A stretch of DNA of 60,995 nt from Paramoeba atlantica (Eukaryota > Protista > Discosea): contig CDRNVI010000172.1 in NCBI GenBank assembly GCA_977017575.1, positions 1-60,995 on the forward strand, read 5' to 3'. The notes below the pieces were generated by a model that did not search any database, was not told the DNA's origin, and saw only the letters and a list, made by a program, of their open reading frames with translations. The translations under genes were made by a program, and so were the position numbers. Of the stretch, positions 15,526-29,480 are shown piece after piece. How positions within the stretch are numbered: position 1 is the first letter of the stretch; each line of letters opens with the position of its first letter.

Positions 15526-16199
15526 TTTATTTAGCTCTCTAAATTAGGGGACTATCTCCCAAAGAAAATTGTCAATTATTTCATTACAGTGAATAGAGCA
15601 TCTATTCTGTGGTCTCTCAAATAATCCTCAAAGAGTGTGTGGCTGTGTACAACAAAATTCCTCAATCTGGTTTTTTGACATCCTTGCACAGGACAATTTG
15701 GAGAGCAATAAAGGTGCAGGGTGTTTTGGAAACCCTGACCCCCCCCCCAAACAGTCTGTGTCTGGTTGGTGTTTTACATTGTGTCAATCCCAAACTTGTT
15801 TCCTTTGAATTTTGGTATCAGAAAAGAGGTCTCATATATCCATGGAAAAGGAAAGGAGGAAGCTCCAAGCTTTGAAGAACTTCAGAGTGATTACCAACAC
15901 TTTGAGTGGAGAGTTATTGAGTCAAATGTGAAGGAACTTGGAGATGATCTGAAGCTCCATATTACCTTGCTGGATTCAATTAGTTGGGAGATGGTGACTG
16001 AGGCACTGTGGACCCCCTCTTTATCCTAGATGGTTTTCGACAAGCACTTGGGGCAACTTGAAGAGGAGGAAGACGTTTTGGATGCCATGAGGTATTCGAA
16101 ATTTGATACAAAGCGAAATTTTTGGATTTGGGGAAATGTGGTGGGAATTGGTCCCTTGTGATTTCCAACTTCCTTCTGGAATCCTGTTTTACCAATAAT

Positions 16200-17860
16200 G
16201 TGACTTGTCCACAAAGCGCCAAGAATCCCCAATCAAGTTTACCAAGCCTGTGTGAGAAGGTTAAGGCTTTGAACTGATACAGGCTCTCAATACAATGTTC
16301 AATGTGGCTGAAGTGCTCAATAACTCTGAAGAAGACAAGGAGAAACACAACAAGCCTTTGAATTTGAGTGTGTTCTTTGTGCCACTCTGTGGGGTCACAA
16401 ATAAAATTTTTATTCTTATTTCTCTCAACAAAACAATTTGATTTTAAACAACAAAAAAAGAGGAGTGGGGGGGGCAGGAACATCACCCACTCACTTGCTC
16501 TTTAAAATAATAAATTGATTTTTATTGAATCTAACAATTACTTTTTGAAAAGGCAACAATCCTTTTTTTTTTCCCCTGCCTCTCTCTCTCTTTTCTTTCT
16601 TGTCTCCACTTCAAATATGATTTTTTGGGGGGTCACCAAAATACATTCAAAAAGAGAAAAAAATTAAAAACAGCAATTTGAAAAGTTTGAAATGACAAAA
16701 AAAGAAAGAAAACCTCAGAACAATCTTTGGAAGGTTGAGACAAAAATCCAAAAAGACAAAAAAAAAGGAAAGGAAAGAAAGAAAAACAAAAGAAACAAAA
16801 GAAACAAAAGAAACAAAAGAAACAAAAGAAACAAAAGAAACAAAAGAAACAAACCATGAAAAGTCAAAAAAAAAACCAAAGGAAAAAGAGGAGATCCTCA
16901 ACAACCCAAACACAAACTTTTACCAAACAAAGTCTCTCTTTCTTTCTCTCTCTCTTCTCTCTTCTCTTCCTCCTTTTCACAAAACAAAACAAAAAAGCGT
17001 TGAGCCGCTGATTTAGATCCCTTAATTTTTCGGGAAAGAGAAAGGGCGAAAAGATGCTCTTTGTCAGCTTGATAATTGGTTGTTTTTTTTTTTCGTTTTT
17101 TCTTCCTCTTCTTCTCTCCTCTTCACCCTCTTCAGTTTTCTTCTTCCGACCTCTTCAGTTCCCCCTCCCTCTCTTTTTTTCCTCTTTCATTCTCTTTTCC
17201 ACTCAATGTGACCTCCATTGAGGGAGCTTCCAAACTGACTTGAACAACTGCCTTTTTCTGTGGGGTGGGTGATGGGGGGAGAGGGAGTAAAAGGGGGGAA
17301 TGCAAAGGGAGAGGGGAGAGGGGGGGGGGTTAAAAGGGATGGTGATAGAATCAACCACAAATATCATGATGATAATTTTTTGAGGAGGGGTGGGGGGGGG
17401 GGATGTTTCATGGGAGGGAGAGGGGAGAGGGGCATTCTGGCTGATCAAGAAAAGAGGTTTTTTTCTCCTTCTCTTCTCTTTTTCCTTTTTCTCCCTTTTT
17501 TTGTTTTTTTGAGTTTTCCTTTTTTTTCTTTTCTTGGGTTTTCTTTTTTTCTTTTTTCTCCATCTGTTTTTTTTCTCCTTTTTTCTTTTCTTTCTTTTGT
17601 CTTTCCCTTTTTTTTTCTTGTTTTTTTTTTCTTTTTTTTCTCACTGCTGTTTTCCCTTTGTCTTTTCCCTCTCTTGAGGGTAATTCTTTTTTTGGTTCCT
17701 CTCTTTTCTTTCCTTTTTGTTCGTGAGATTGGAAGATTTCATCTGGGAGGACAATGTTTTTGTGTTTTTTTCATTTGGATTTTTCATCCTCTCTGGATGT
17801 GAATCTGAAAATTTGAACCCAGAGAATATGAAACAAAATAACAAATACCCACAATCACAA
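16200..17860 (+). repeat. Spacer block homologous to about 58220..60250
   Basis: Colinear shared sequence such as ctttctgccactctgtggggtcacaaataaaatt, gagccgctgatttagatccc and gagattggaagatttcatctgggagg. Includes an (AAAGAAACA)n tract with about 7 vs about 5 copies. Confidence 0.9.
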
Positions 17861-18549
17861 TGGAAAACAAAAAATGGAAGAGCAAGAAGGGGGGGAAGGA
17901 GAAGAAAAAAAGAGAAGAAAAAAAAGAAAAAAAAGGTCTTCAGCACTCAGGATTCGAATGTGATCACCCACCATTCTCCTAACCAAGCCCACAGCAGTTC
18001 TGATGGGATCAGGTGCTTTCAATTGGGTATGACTGAAGACACTTTCTCTTCTTTTTTTTCTCCTTTTTATCAATCCAATTATCCAAAATCAACAAAAAAA
18101 GAAAAGAGAAGAGAGAAGAGAAAGAGTTCAACTCTCTTTTCTCAGAATAAAAAACTTGTTTTAATCTGAAATAAAAGGAGCAGGACTGAAAGGAAAAACA
18201 TAAAATGGAAAACGAAAAACAGAAAACAAAAAAACAAATCAAGGAAAGAGAGAGAGTAATGGTCTTGAAGAAGAAAGAAGTAAAAAAGGAAAAGAAAAGG
18301 ATGTGAAAGAAAAAACAGAAAGAAAGAGATACAACCACCAAAAGAAAAGAGAAAAATAACTGAGAAAAAGAGAAAAAGAGAGAAGGAGAAAAAACCACAA
18401 CCCACAAAAAAAAAAACTGAAACAGGAAATGATGGACCTCTATTTTGGGTCCGGATGGTTTTTTTTTTGTTGGCTCACGAAAGAGGGAGGGGAAGAGGAG
18501 AGGGAGGAGAGGGAGGAAGCGAAAAGGTTCCAGAGAGAGAGAGTGTGTG

Positions 18550-19310
18550 TGTTCAGTTGTGAAGAAAAAACAATATTGGCCCAAAGGAATTCCAGGGGAA
18601 GAGATTGTTGCACACCTCAAGGAGAAGGAACCTGGTTATGTGTGAAAGTGAAGAAAGGATCTCTGAGAGGTTATAAATTCTATGTGGAGGCTTTCCAAGA
18701 TGTTCATCACTCTTCTATAATGATTAATACCTGGGGAACTTCTTTTCCCACTGGTTGCCCACGAAATCGCAAGCTTGAAGGCCAAAGACTCTCCCTGTGA
18801 TATACTCAGCCTCTTGACTTTTACTATCAAACCAGGCATTGTGTGGATGATCACAACCAACTGAGGCAAGGTTCTCTCTCCTTGGAGAGTTCCTGGAAGA
18901 CCAAAAAATGGGTCCACAGGCAGTTTGCTTTCATTCTTGTAGTTGTGGAAGTCAATGCCTTCCTCATATTTCAGCACTTTTTCCCTCAAGCCAAAGAGCT
19001 CTCCTTTGCAGAATTTCGTTTTGAGGTTGCCCAAGGTCTACTCTCTCAGAATCATCCCTTGGATGAAGGCTATAACCTGCGAATACCACTCCCAACTCAT
19101 GTAGAACATCATCTGATGATCAAGCCCAACTTTGCTGGAGTTTGGTGAAATGGTAATTGGACTGAAGCCAGACAAGAGTACCAGAAGAGTAGATGCAATG
19201 GGACAAATTGTACAAAGAAAGTTCGAACCTATTGCTCCTGTGATCAAACACTCATTTTTTGTTCAGGTTGCTTTGCTGACCATATGAGCAGGCACATGAC
19301 TGAGGACTAA
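18550..19310 (+). mobile_element. Degenerate piggyBac-like (DDE_Tnp_1_7-type) transposase, C-terminal half
   Basis: KKKQYWPKGIPGEEIVAHL ... YTQPLDFYYQTRHCVDDHNQLRQG.LSLE.SWKTKKWVHRQFAFILVVVEVNAFL ... then a Cys-rich tail CNGTNCTKKVRTYCSCDQTLIFCSGCFADH*. Interrupted by TGA stops and a frameshift. Confidence 0.75.
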
Positions 19311-21949
19311 TTAGTCCTTTTGAAAAATGATGTTTTTTTTTTTTGGTGACTCAATTTTTTTTTTCAAAAAACAATATTTGGACAAATATTTCTTGATATT
19401 CTTGTTTAAAAGATCTTTATTAAAAAGTTTATCAAAAAAAATCTCCCCTCCACCCACCAGTGGCTTCAAAAAAAGAGTCAAAAATAGGAGCCTAATTAGT
19501 CTTTTGGCCTGGAAGGAACCCGATTTTCTGGAGAGTTTAACAATTTTATTTGTTTTTTTTCTGGTTTTTCTGGTTTTTTCTTTTTTTCTGGTTTTTCCTT
19601 TTCTTTTGGAAGATGGTGAAACATTTCTCCCAGAGTCTCACAGTTTTTGTGCTGTGTGGTTCACATATCTCAGATCAATCTTTTTCTTTGGTACAAAAAG
19701 GGTGGAGATGCTGCTGTTGGTGAAGTCTCCTCTTTGTTCTGTTCCTTTGCATACTTCTTGAGTACTTTCTCTGGCCTTCTTTTCCATTGTTTATCCCTCT
19801 TGATTATCCTTGGTTTTGGTCTCTTCCCTTTTTGGAGTAGAGTTTCTCAAGCCAACTCCAAAACCCCCCCCCTTATTTATTTTGATCTCAATCTTCCATC
19901 TTCTTTTCTTTCTGATTGCAATCTGAACCAATTGGGCCAATTCAACATTCAAATAGGTTCTTGGCTGCTTCCTCTTAACTGCCCAAAAGGTGGCTTGACA
20001 AAAGGTCTCAATATCTAGACCCCCCCTTGCATCCCCTGAGGATCTCAGTGACCCTTATCAAGGGGGGAAATATTCATCCTTTTGGCCAACTGAGCTGATT
20101 GGCATTACTAGTTTGCTCCTCTTGGGTTCATATTTCTTCATCACTTTCTTTGAAATCTCCTTGAACCTCCTCATTTGATAACATCCACCTCTCAAGATCC
20201 TTGAATTTCCTAAAGTTGGTGTTAGAGAATCATTTTCTTCTGTTCTTGTTGATAGGATTGAAGATTTCTCCTAAATCAAATTTCACTTTCTCATCCTTTC
20301 CATTCTCATGTGTCTCTCTCTCTCTTTTATTTCTTTCTCAAGTCCTAAATTCTCTTTCTCCATTTCCCCCTATTCCCCTCATTAATTCCACAAGCTGGTC
20401 TTCCACACCATGCTTGCATGAATTTGATCATGGTGACTACAATGATGAGGTACAAGAGTGCTTTTTATGTGCAGAAAGTGCTTAGATTCTTTGATCAAGG
20501 ATATCTTTTGAGATATTGCATTCCTTCTGATGATGTGTGCGCTTTTTGTCCATCTCCTGTGCACCCCATTTTGCCCCTCATCCACTCTTGTCTTACCCCT
20601 TCCTTCTTCTTTGCCTTCTTCTCCTCTGGTTTTTAATTTACTTTAAAGATGTCAGATCATGCAAGATGAACTTGTGGACACAGGATTGGAAATTCAAAAT
20701 TGATTATTCTTTGCTTCTATTTTTGATTCTGGTAATATTCCATTCAAGAGAAGATTTCTCATTTGTTTACAAAATGAATCAACCATTTGTTCAATTCAGG
20801 TCTATTGGTTTGTCTCCTCTCCAATATCTCTGCTTGTCCTTACCCCTCTCCTTAGGAGTTTGTTCATCAGTTATTCAAACTAAGTCTTGCTCAGATAAAG
20901 CATTAATCTTTTGGGTGACTCTTTTGTGCCCTACATTTGGTTTTGGCATGGGTGTGTGCACTCAAAACAAGTTGACCCATGCAACACCTCAGGCCCAAAA
21001 TGATGACTGTTTGTTGAGGGAGCAAGTTGACTCATGTTTTCTGATGACTCTTGTCTGGTTTGAGCAGGGGATCAAAGTTTCAAAATAAATCTCTTTCCAG
21101 ATCTCCAATGATGAGAGTGAAACTGTCATCTTGCTCATGATGAACAGTAACAGTTGAATCATTTTTGTTTGTCTAATTTTCTTTTGAGTTCATCAAGGTC
21201 CTTACAATTCTCAATCATTTCATTGAGTTGTGTCAGCATTTGCTTCTTTGCTGCTTGGAGGTCGATTTCCTCTTCTCTTTTCCTTTTGGGTGGTGGAGGG
21301 GTTTGATCAGATTGAGCAAACCACTGGACCAGGTTCATGCAATTACTTGAGAACATTTCAAAAGCTATATGTTGCCATAAGTTGAGATGAGGGAGGACCA
21401 AGTCTTGTGTCCCTGGCCAATTCTTTTCACTTTTAAAAGTTTTCCAATGTTCAGCCAAAGACATTGAAGATTACTGTGATCAGTGTTTTCTTCATAAGCT
21501 TACATCAGGTTGCATTGACCCAAACAATGAAGAAGAAGAAGAAGAAGAACTTGAATCAGAGTTTCTTCAAACAATCAGTGTCAAGTCAAGATCACTGAGA
21601 ATACATCCAGGAATGAGAGTCTCTGGTGAAAGAGTTTCTGTTTGGCCTTTTCTTTCAAATCAAACAATCCAATCATCAAAAGAATAATAAACACACACTT
21701 TTTTTTCTTTTTCTTTTTCTTTTTTGTTCCATTTCTTCAACCTTCACCATCTTCATTCAACCAAAAAACAAACAAATCAGAAAAGAGACCACAAGAGTGA
21801 ACATATGGATATAACATTAGATTTTTTTTGAAGGCTCAAAAGGAATATTTGAAGTCACTTCAATCCTAAAAACACTATGATTGCAAGTGCAGCTTAAGCC
21901 CACTCTTATGTAAAGCATTAAACCAACAGTTTTCACTCCAAAACCTGAT

Positions 21950-24650
21950 GGAGGTTGAAACTTGAACAAGCCCATTTCAGGAATTTTAAGAGGATGGAAC
22001 TTTCCTTTGATAATTTCAAGAAAAAATATCACTCTAGTCTCCCCTCAACCAATTATATGATGTTCATTTCCAAAAAAATATGGTTTCTTTCTGAATAAAC
22101 ATTCAACTAGAAGTCAATTTGTAGAACCACACCACTATACACTCATTCAGACAGACCTGACAGATCTGTTAACTTGGAGCAAAGATGGTCTTTATTTTTT
22201 TGTTAAAAGCAACATGTAATCATGGATGGGGTGATCTCTCATGATGATAATGTGGTTAAAAAAGCAATTAAGGATTTTTGGGAGGGTCTTCTCAGCACAG
22301 AAAGACCATATAACAAAGATTCTCTTGATGAACTGATTGCTGACCACCAACCTCATTTCCTCCCAGTTGAGAAACATAATGTGGACAGGAAGAAAGTCAA
22401 TAAACTACTTCAGAGAACCAACAACACCAGCACAGGACCTGATGGTATTCCCTTCTCTTTGTATAAGGCAACACAAGAGAAGTACTTTGATATGTGGGTA
22501 AAACTAATTCAACAAGCAGGTGAGGTTATGGATTTTCAGGAGATCAATTGATGAAGCAGTAAAATCAGTATATGACTCTTTTTACAAAGCTTTGGCAGAG
22601 GGGAAAGATGTGACTCTCCTCCAAACAGACTTTTGCAAGGCATATGATTATGTGAATTGTGATGCACTCCTTTATATTCTCAAAGGTTTGAACACCCCCC
22701 TCAAGCAATCTATGTTGTTGAGAAAGTCCTTTGTGAATATGTAACCTGGCTGCCAAATATTGGTGGATCTAAGAGGGCAGGCACCAAAGAATCAATTCAA
22801 AGATGGACAGGAGTTAGACAAGGATGCTCAATCTCCCCTCTATTGTTTGTGATTGTGTTTGACATCTTCCTTGTGAGTTTGAAGAAGAAACACAACCCCC
22901 AAGATCTGCCAGGCTTTATGGATGATTTGAGGATGGTGCTTTAGTGAGCTGAAACCATCAATTCTCTCACTCCAACCTTTAAGAAATATGAAGAAGTGAC
23001 TGGAGCTAAACTGAACTTTAATAAGTGCTTTGACCTCTCAACTGAGTCTTACAAACCAGTAGGCCCCTGGTCTGAGATGGCAAGACCCAATTACTGTGGT
23101 GATGAAACTGGAAGTGAGATTGAGTAAATGGTTATTTCCTCTCAAAGATTGGAAAAAGGTGGTTGTGCACAGGGTGCTAGTTTAGCCCCAGGGGAATTCA
23201 GTGAAAGATGAAGCTCAAAAAGGAGAAGAATTATGAACTTGTAGAGTTCAGATATTAGCTGAAGAAGAGAAAGAGAAAGAAACTCACTTGGGAGTTTTAG
23301 AATAAAAAAAGTGCTTGAAGACCATTCTTGAGTCCATTGTTTTCTGTGTGTCAGAGTGACTGTGTGTTTGGTGTGGAGTCAGGAGGTCATTCACTGTGGT
23401 CTAAAAGATGAAGAAAGTTGAAACAGCAATTAAAAAGAGAGGTGGGAATTTTTGCTCAAGAGTGAAGATGGTCAATACCTATCTAACTCCATGTATGGAA
23501 TACTTAGTGAGATTCAAGTTGATCCTAAAATCTGTCACCTCTTTGATGTGGAAATCCATCTGCTTAGCCCTGGGTGCCATGCCAACACTAAAACCTCTGT
23601 TCTTACTTTATGCTATCCCCTTTGGACTCAAATCCTCAACTACACCACTCCATTGTTTTTAATTAGGCTCTTTTCACCTCTTGTCCACCAATAAGGAGTG
23701 ACTATCAGAGTCCTCTCTCCATTGGAGCTATGCAGAAGGATGCTTTCATTGCAGCCCAAAGCCTTTCTTCCAAAGTTGTGTTTGGCCAGGCCACTTGTGT
23801 TGTATATACCAATATGTCTCAAATAATTTCAATTGAAATCAAAGACTTGTATGTGGGGGAAGGAAGAGCTGAGTGTGTGGTGTACAACTTGACTCATGCA
23901 ATTAGACCTCAGCTCAAGAGGAATTTACTTAAATTTCTAATAAAAGAGCTATCTACAAGAAACAAGTTGTCTCACTTCTCAAACTAAGATTCAAGTTGTT
24001 GCTTAGCTGCCACTGAGAAAAGGAGTTATGATTTCATCTATTGGAAAAATGTTCTGTGGCTGAGGGTCTTCTTTAAGCAAGGGGAAGGAAATGTATTTTG
24101 CTGAAAGTACTCAACTGGCAAGAAACTAAGAGTGTGTGGCCTTGTCTCAAAGTATCTTACCAGGCAAGAAACCTCTGTGGTGAGTGCTGCCCTGCTGAGT
24201 TTGTAGCTCACAGTGTGTGCAAAAGGAACTAAATCAGCCTAATATACTAAAAAAATTTTTAGAAAAATCTTAAGAAAGAATAAAATCCTCCTTTGGCCTC
24301 TAAGGACTCAAACCAAGAAAGAATTAAAGAAAAGAAAAGTTTTAAATTCAAAGGTTTTTTAATGTTTTATAATGGTTCAGGACATACAAACCCTCATTTA
24401 GAGGGTGTAGGTTTTGCAGTTTTCAGGAAAGAAAGAGAGATATGTGGTGGGTTTGAAACCATTTCTTTTGGTTTTAACAATATTGGTGAATTTACAGGCT
24501 GTTTGAGAGGGATACAAAATGTTAAATCAATGATAAAAGAGATTATGATTGTTGAAGATTGTATAATTCTTACCAAGATAATGTTCAAAACCCATACTAG
24601 AAAAAATTATACTTTAAATGAATTACTTTGTGAAATTACAAGTTAAGGCT
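21950..24650 (+). mobile_element. Degenerate L1/Tx1-like non-LTR retrotransposon: RT plus C-terminal RNase H
   Basis: STGPDGIPF, QTDFCKAYDYV, GVRQGCSISPLLF, GFMDDL and GAKLNFNK RT motifs. 24293..24646 reads FYNGSGHTNPHLEGVGF...FNNIGEFTGCLRG...IVEDC, an RNase HI-like pattern. Many stops and frameshifts. Confidence 0.85.
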
Positions 24651-25860
24651 TGAAGGTTTGTAACACTATAAGTAAAACAACTATTTAAGATAAGAAAAGC
24701 TTTGGTATTATCTTTGAACTCTAAAAATCAACATCTTATAATCACTTTTAGAACAAAAATTTTATCAATTCAATAAGAAAATAACTTATTATTGATATTT
24801 GGTGATGAAAATGATATTACATAACACCACTCATTCACTGAGAGATTATACATTACCTCTAAGTTTGAAACAAAGGATATTGTTTTGATAATTGTAAAAA
24901 TTGAAAGATTCCATCCAATAATACCAACTATGAGCATTAAAGTGATATAGAATTCATTTCAAGAGGAACAATATCTATGAGAGCAATTATGTATTAAAAC
25001 AACTTTGAGTTTTTTAGTATCTTTTTTGTAATTAAAATCAGTTTCATTAATATTCATGATCAATTGAAAGTGAGCAGCATCAATCTTTTCTTGCAATTCT
25101 TTTACATTTTGTTTCAGCTTTTCTTCAAACAAACTGCATCTCTCTGCCTCAAGTGGCTCTAAATCAATAAGAAAAAGTTGTTTTTCACTCTAAACAAAGA
25201 AATAAATCCAAGTGAAAAAGATTGCTTTTAAGAAAGTGGTATTAATCCAATCTTTGAGGGTGGTTTGGATCAATGAAACTTGGTTTCCATTACATTTTTA
25301 CATATATTTAACAATTTTATCAATTTGAAAAGGTTCAATCTTTGTAAAGTGTTTTCACATCTTTGATTTCACTCTAAAAAGCAGGTTACCCCAGGTTTTG
25401 GAAAGTTTTCTGTTTTGTTGTTAGTCAATTTGAAAAAAACAACTCACATTTGTAAAAGTTATTATTTATTCTTTTTCATTTGGACTATTAAGAATTAATT
25501 TTTTATAAAAACAATAATATTACTTTATTAAAGTTTAACAAAGAGTTAACTTTTCTTATTCAAAGGTTTTAGAAAAAAAAATGTATTCATGAACTAGAAG
25601 TTTTAAATTTTACAATGAAATTACTTCAACAAGAAGAGCAAAAGATTTTTTTTTTTTTATAAAAGAAGATAATAGATTCTTGTATATGAGTTTAGGTGAA
25701 ATGAAGCAATTAAACAAAAACCAACAAAAACAAACAAAAAACTAAAATCAATTTCAGAAACAAAATTAATTTTCTTTATTTGGCTAAAAAAAAAATATTT
25801 TTCTCAATTTGATTTTTATATTTTTGAAAAAAATAAGATTTTAAATATTCAAAAAAGAGA

Positions 25861-26905
25861 ATCAGAAAATAAATTAAGAAATTACATTCAATATGGAGAC
25901 ATAATTAAGAAATTGAAATTACAAAAAATTAATATAAAAAAAAGAAAATAAAAAATAAATCAAATACATCAATTCAAAACAATTAAGAAATTTGATTGAA
26001 TCAACTTAAAAAATATCATAGATCTGAAATATAAATTCTAAAAATATCAGAGAATCAGAAAATAAATTAAGGAATTGCATTCAATATGGAGACATAATTA
26101 AGAAATTGAAATTACAAAAAAATAATATGAAAAAAATGAAATAAAAAATAAATCAAATACATCAATTCAAAACAATTAAGAAATTTTATTGAACCAACTT
26201 AAAAAATATCACAGATCTGAAATATAAGTTCTAAAAATATCAGAGAATCAGAAAATAAATTAAGAAATTACATTCAATATGGAGACATAATTAAGAAATT
26301 GAAATTACAAAAAATTAATATAAAAAAAAGAAAATAAAAAATAAATCAAATACATCAATTCAAAACAATTAAGAAATTTGATTGAATCAACTTAAAAAAT
26401 ATCATAGATCTGAAATATAAATTCTAAAAATATCAGAGAATCAGAAAATAAATTAAGGAATTGCATTCAATATGGAGACATAATTAAGAAATTGAAATTA
26501 CAAAAAAATAATATGAAAAAAATGAAATAAAAAATAAATCAAATACATCAATTCAAAACAATTAAGAAATTTTATTGAACCAACTTAAAAAATATCATAG
26601 ATCTGAAAAATAAGTTCTAAAAATATCAGAGAATCAGAAAATAAATTAAAGAATTGCATTCAATATAGAAACATAATTAAGAAATTGAAATTACAAAAAA
26701 TTAATGTAAAAAAAAGAAAATAAAAAATAAATCAAATACATCAATTCAAAACAATTAAGAAATTTGATTGAACCAACTTAAAAAATATTTTTAAAATAAA
26801 AAATAAATTTAAAAAATATTACAAAATCAGAAAATAAATTAAAACATTTTATTCAATATAGAAATATAATTAAGAAATTGAAATTACAAAAAAATAATAT
26901 AAAAA
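25861..26905. repeat. 193-bp AT-rich tandem repeat, about 5.4 copies, with an A/B dimer higher-order pattern
   Basis: atcagaaaataaattaa recurs at 25861, 26054, 26247, 26440, 26633 and 26826. Units 1/3 and 2/4 share diagnostic variants. Confidence 0.93.
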
Positions 26906-29480
26906 AAATTACTTTTAATCATTTCTTATTGATTCTCTATTTCAAATATCCAAGTAAAAGAGGGCAAACAACTCCACACAAACATTTCATAATGATGTAA
27001 GTTTTGATAACAGACCAAACTATTGTATGAATAAACTAAAAACTGATTTGAGTAGAGAGGTGTGAGGTAGTGAATAAAATTATATTGTACTGCTCAAATA
27101 GAATGCTTATACTTGTTTAATAAAGTTGATGCAAGTTTTTCAAGTTGATACAGGAAGTGTGAAAAAGAGTGAATATTTTTTACTCTTGTTGGAGCCTTCA
27201 TTGATAAGTCAGATTTACCACCACAATCAAAACTACCATTATCAATAACTTATTCAACTCAAAAAGACAGATTTTTGATTAGTGCCTTTCAAAAAGCTTC
27301 TTTAACAAGATCACATTTATAGGCATGGCAACCAAAAATCTGAAAGACTTTTCTAGCCATTTGATTCAATTCTTCAATTGCTGCTGCTAGGTTTGAAGGA
27401 GTATGATCCCCCATTACAGATCCAAAGGAAGAGAGGTTCAAAGAATCTAAAAAGGACTAGACTTCAGGGAATTTCTTTGCCAGATTTTGTAGACCATTTA
27501 AAAGAGAAAAATTATTCTTTGCAATTGACAAGGCATCATGATCAACTGCTTCTTGAATACTCAAATTAACATGCCCACCTTCACCCTGGATACCAACAGA
27601 AAGAAGATTTCATCTTTGTGATGAATTTCCATCATGAGAGAAAGTTGGGGATTTTAGTTCTTGGATCAGTAGTGCTTCTAATTTTAATTGAATGCTGTCT
27701 TCACAACAAATCTGTTGGATTGTGGTTGATGATGAAAGAGTAAGGTCTTTTTCTAAAAAAATTCAGAAAAATTCTCAAATTGCAGAAGAAATATTTCTCT
27801 GGACCATCTCAAAGGAAAAAAGAGAACAAATCAAATTGTGAACTTTTTGAGAAAATTGCAATCTACCAGCACCAAGTTCAAGAGTTCTTACCTGCTCTTT
27901 CATTTCTTCTTTTTCTTTTTCATTGTTCTCCTTGTCCTCTTTAGTTTTCTTTGCAAGAGCAAGGAGGTTATGAAATGAAATTTCCTTAGAAAGATCAATC
28001 AAATGATGAACTTTTATCAACAAAAAGATCAAGATTATTAAATGCTTTGATGTGTGGTGGGCAGCAAATAAAATAATCACAAGCAGGTTGGCTTTCCTTG
28101 TTTCAATCATGACCACTTCATAAACCACCAGAAAATTCCCCACCACTTCCACAAAAGCAGATTGCCCAACTTTATCAAAGAATTTGGGGGTCAATAAAGA
28201 AAAACAACCATTTTCATTCAAAACAAAATGTTCAACAACAATTCACAATTTTCAGTGTTTCAATCATTGGTTCCAGGAGGTGAGTCCTTCTCTAATAATT
28301 TTTCAATCTAAAGCCTTTTCTAATTGTCTTCACCATTTCTCCTCAAACAAGGAAGGAACAGCAATGAATGGTCCAGCATAAGTCATTGCTTTGTGGTTTG
28401 GTCCTTGACAATATTCACACTCAGCTTGCACTACTTTCAAGAATCACTTCTTTATGGGTTTCATGAGTCTTTTTTCAAAAAAAAAAAAGATCAGTTTCAA
28501 GAAGAGGGTCTTTGAATTCAAAATCCAAAAGAATTTTGGGGATTGAAAGAAATACCTGCCTTAATCAGAGTTGTACAACAATTTTTTTGAGCAATTTCAA
28601 GGGCCAGAACAATTCAACTCCAAAACAAAAGAACAAAAAAAGAAAAAAATCTTTGTCATGGCACTACCTGCACAACTTTGGGCATGTTTGCACTCTAGAA
28701 AGAGAGAAAGAGTGGTGGTGAGAAAGAGAGAAAGGAGAGACAAAAGAAAAACAAAGAATTCAAAAATCCCAAAAGAGAGAAGAAGAATGAAAGAGAAAGA
28801 AAAGAAAAACAAAAACAAAGTGAAAAAGACAAAAAGACAAAAAAAAAAAGGAGGGAAGGGAGGAAAGGAAAAAAAAAAAAGAGAGATTTCAAAAGAAAAA
28901 GAAAAAAAAAAAAGAGAAAAAAAAAAGACTTTTTCCCCCTTGAAAAACAACAAACAACAAACCACAAACCAACCACACCACCAATCACTTCCCACTTCAT
29001 TCGAATCAATACTCACTCTCCCCTCTTCCTCTCAAACCCCACCTTCAAAAGCTCTGCTCCCCACCCCTGATGTAACAACAGATTTTCAAGATTGCCATGG
29101 CCATGCCTCTCGATCTTGGGCACCCTCAAACCAGATAGCACAGAAAACTTTCGGTTCCCAAAACTTCACTTGGGCCAAGTGGAGAAAGAGTCACAGCCAA
29201 GAAGGAGAGCAAGAGAAAGAAAAAGAAGGAAAAAAAGAAGAGGTCAGAGAAAGAGAAAAGGAAGGAAAAAGACAAAGAGAACCCCAAAAAAGCGAGAGAG
29301 CAGGAGCAGAAACAATGAAGAAAGAGAGAAAAGAAAGGAAGAGAATGAAAAGAAAAAGAAAATAGAGGAGGAAAAAAAACAGAAAGGAAAAAGAATGGAA
29401 AAAAAGAGGAAGAAAGAGAAAAATCAGAAAAAGAAAAGAATGAAAGAAACAGAAAAGAAAGAGAAAAAGAACTAAATCGA

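Noticed and set aside
19900-21460. Minus-strand coding-like region as the endonuclease/ORF1 of the neighbouring L1 (5' inversion)
   Set aside because: Manual three-frame translation gave only scattered weak motifs (IIGDL, *GVA) in the wrong order; left unassigned.
26940-28500. Degenerate coding-like CpG-free DNA
   Set aside because: No family motif recognisable in the fragments; needs a frameshift-aware HMM search.
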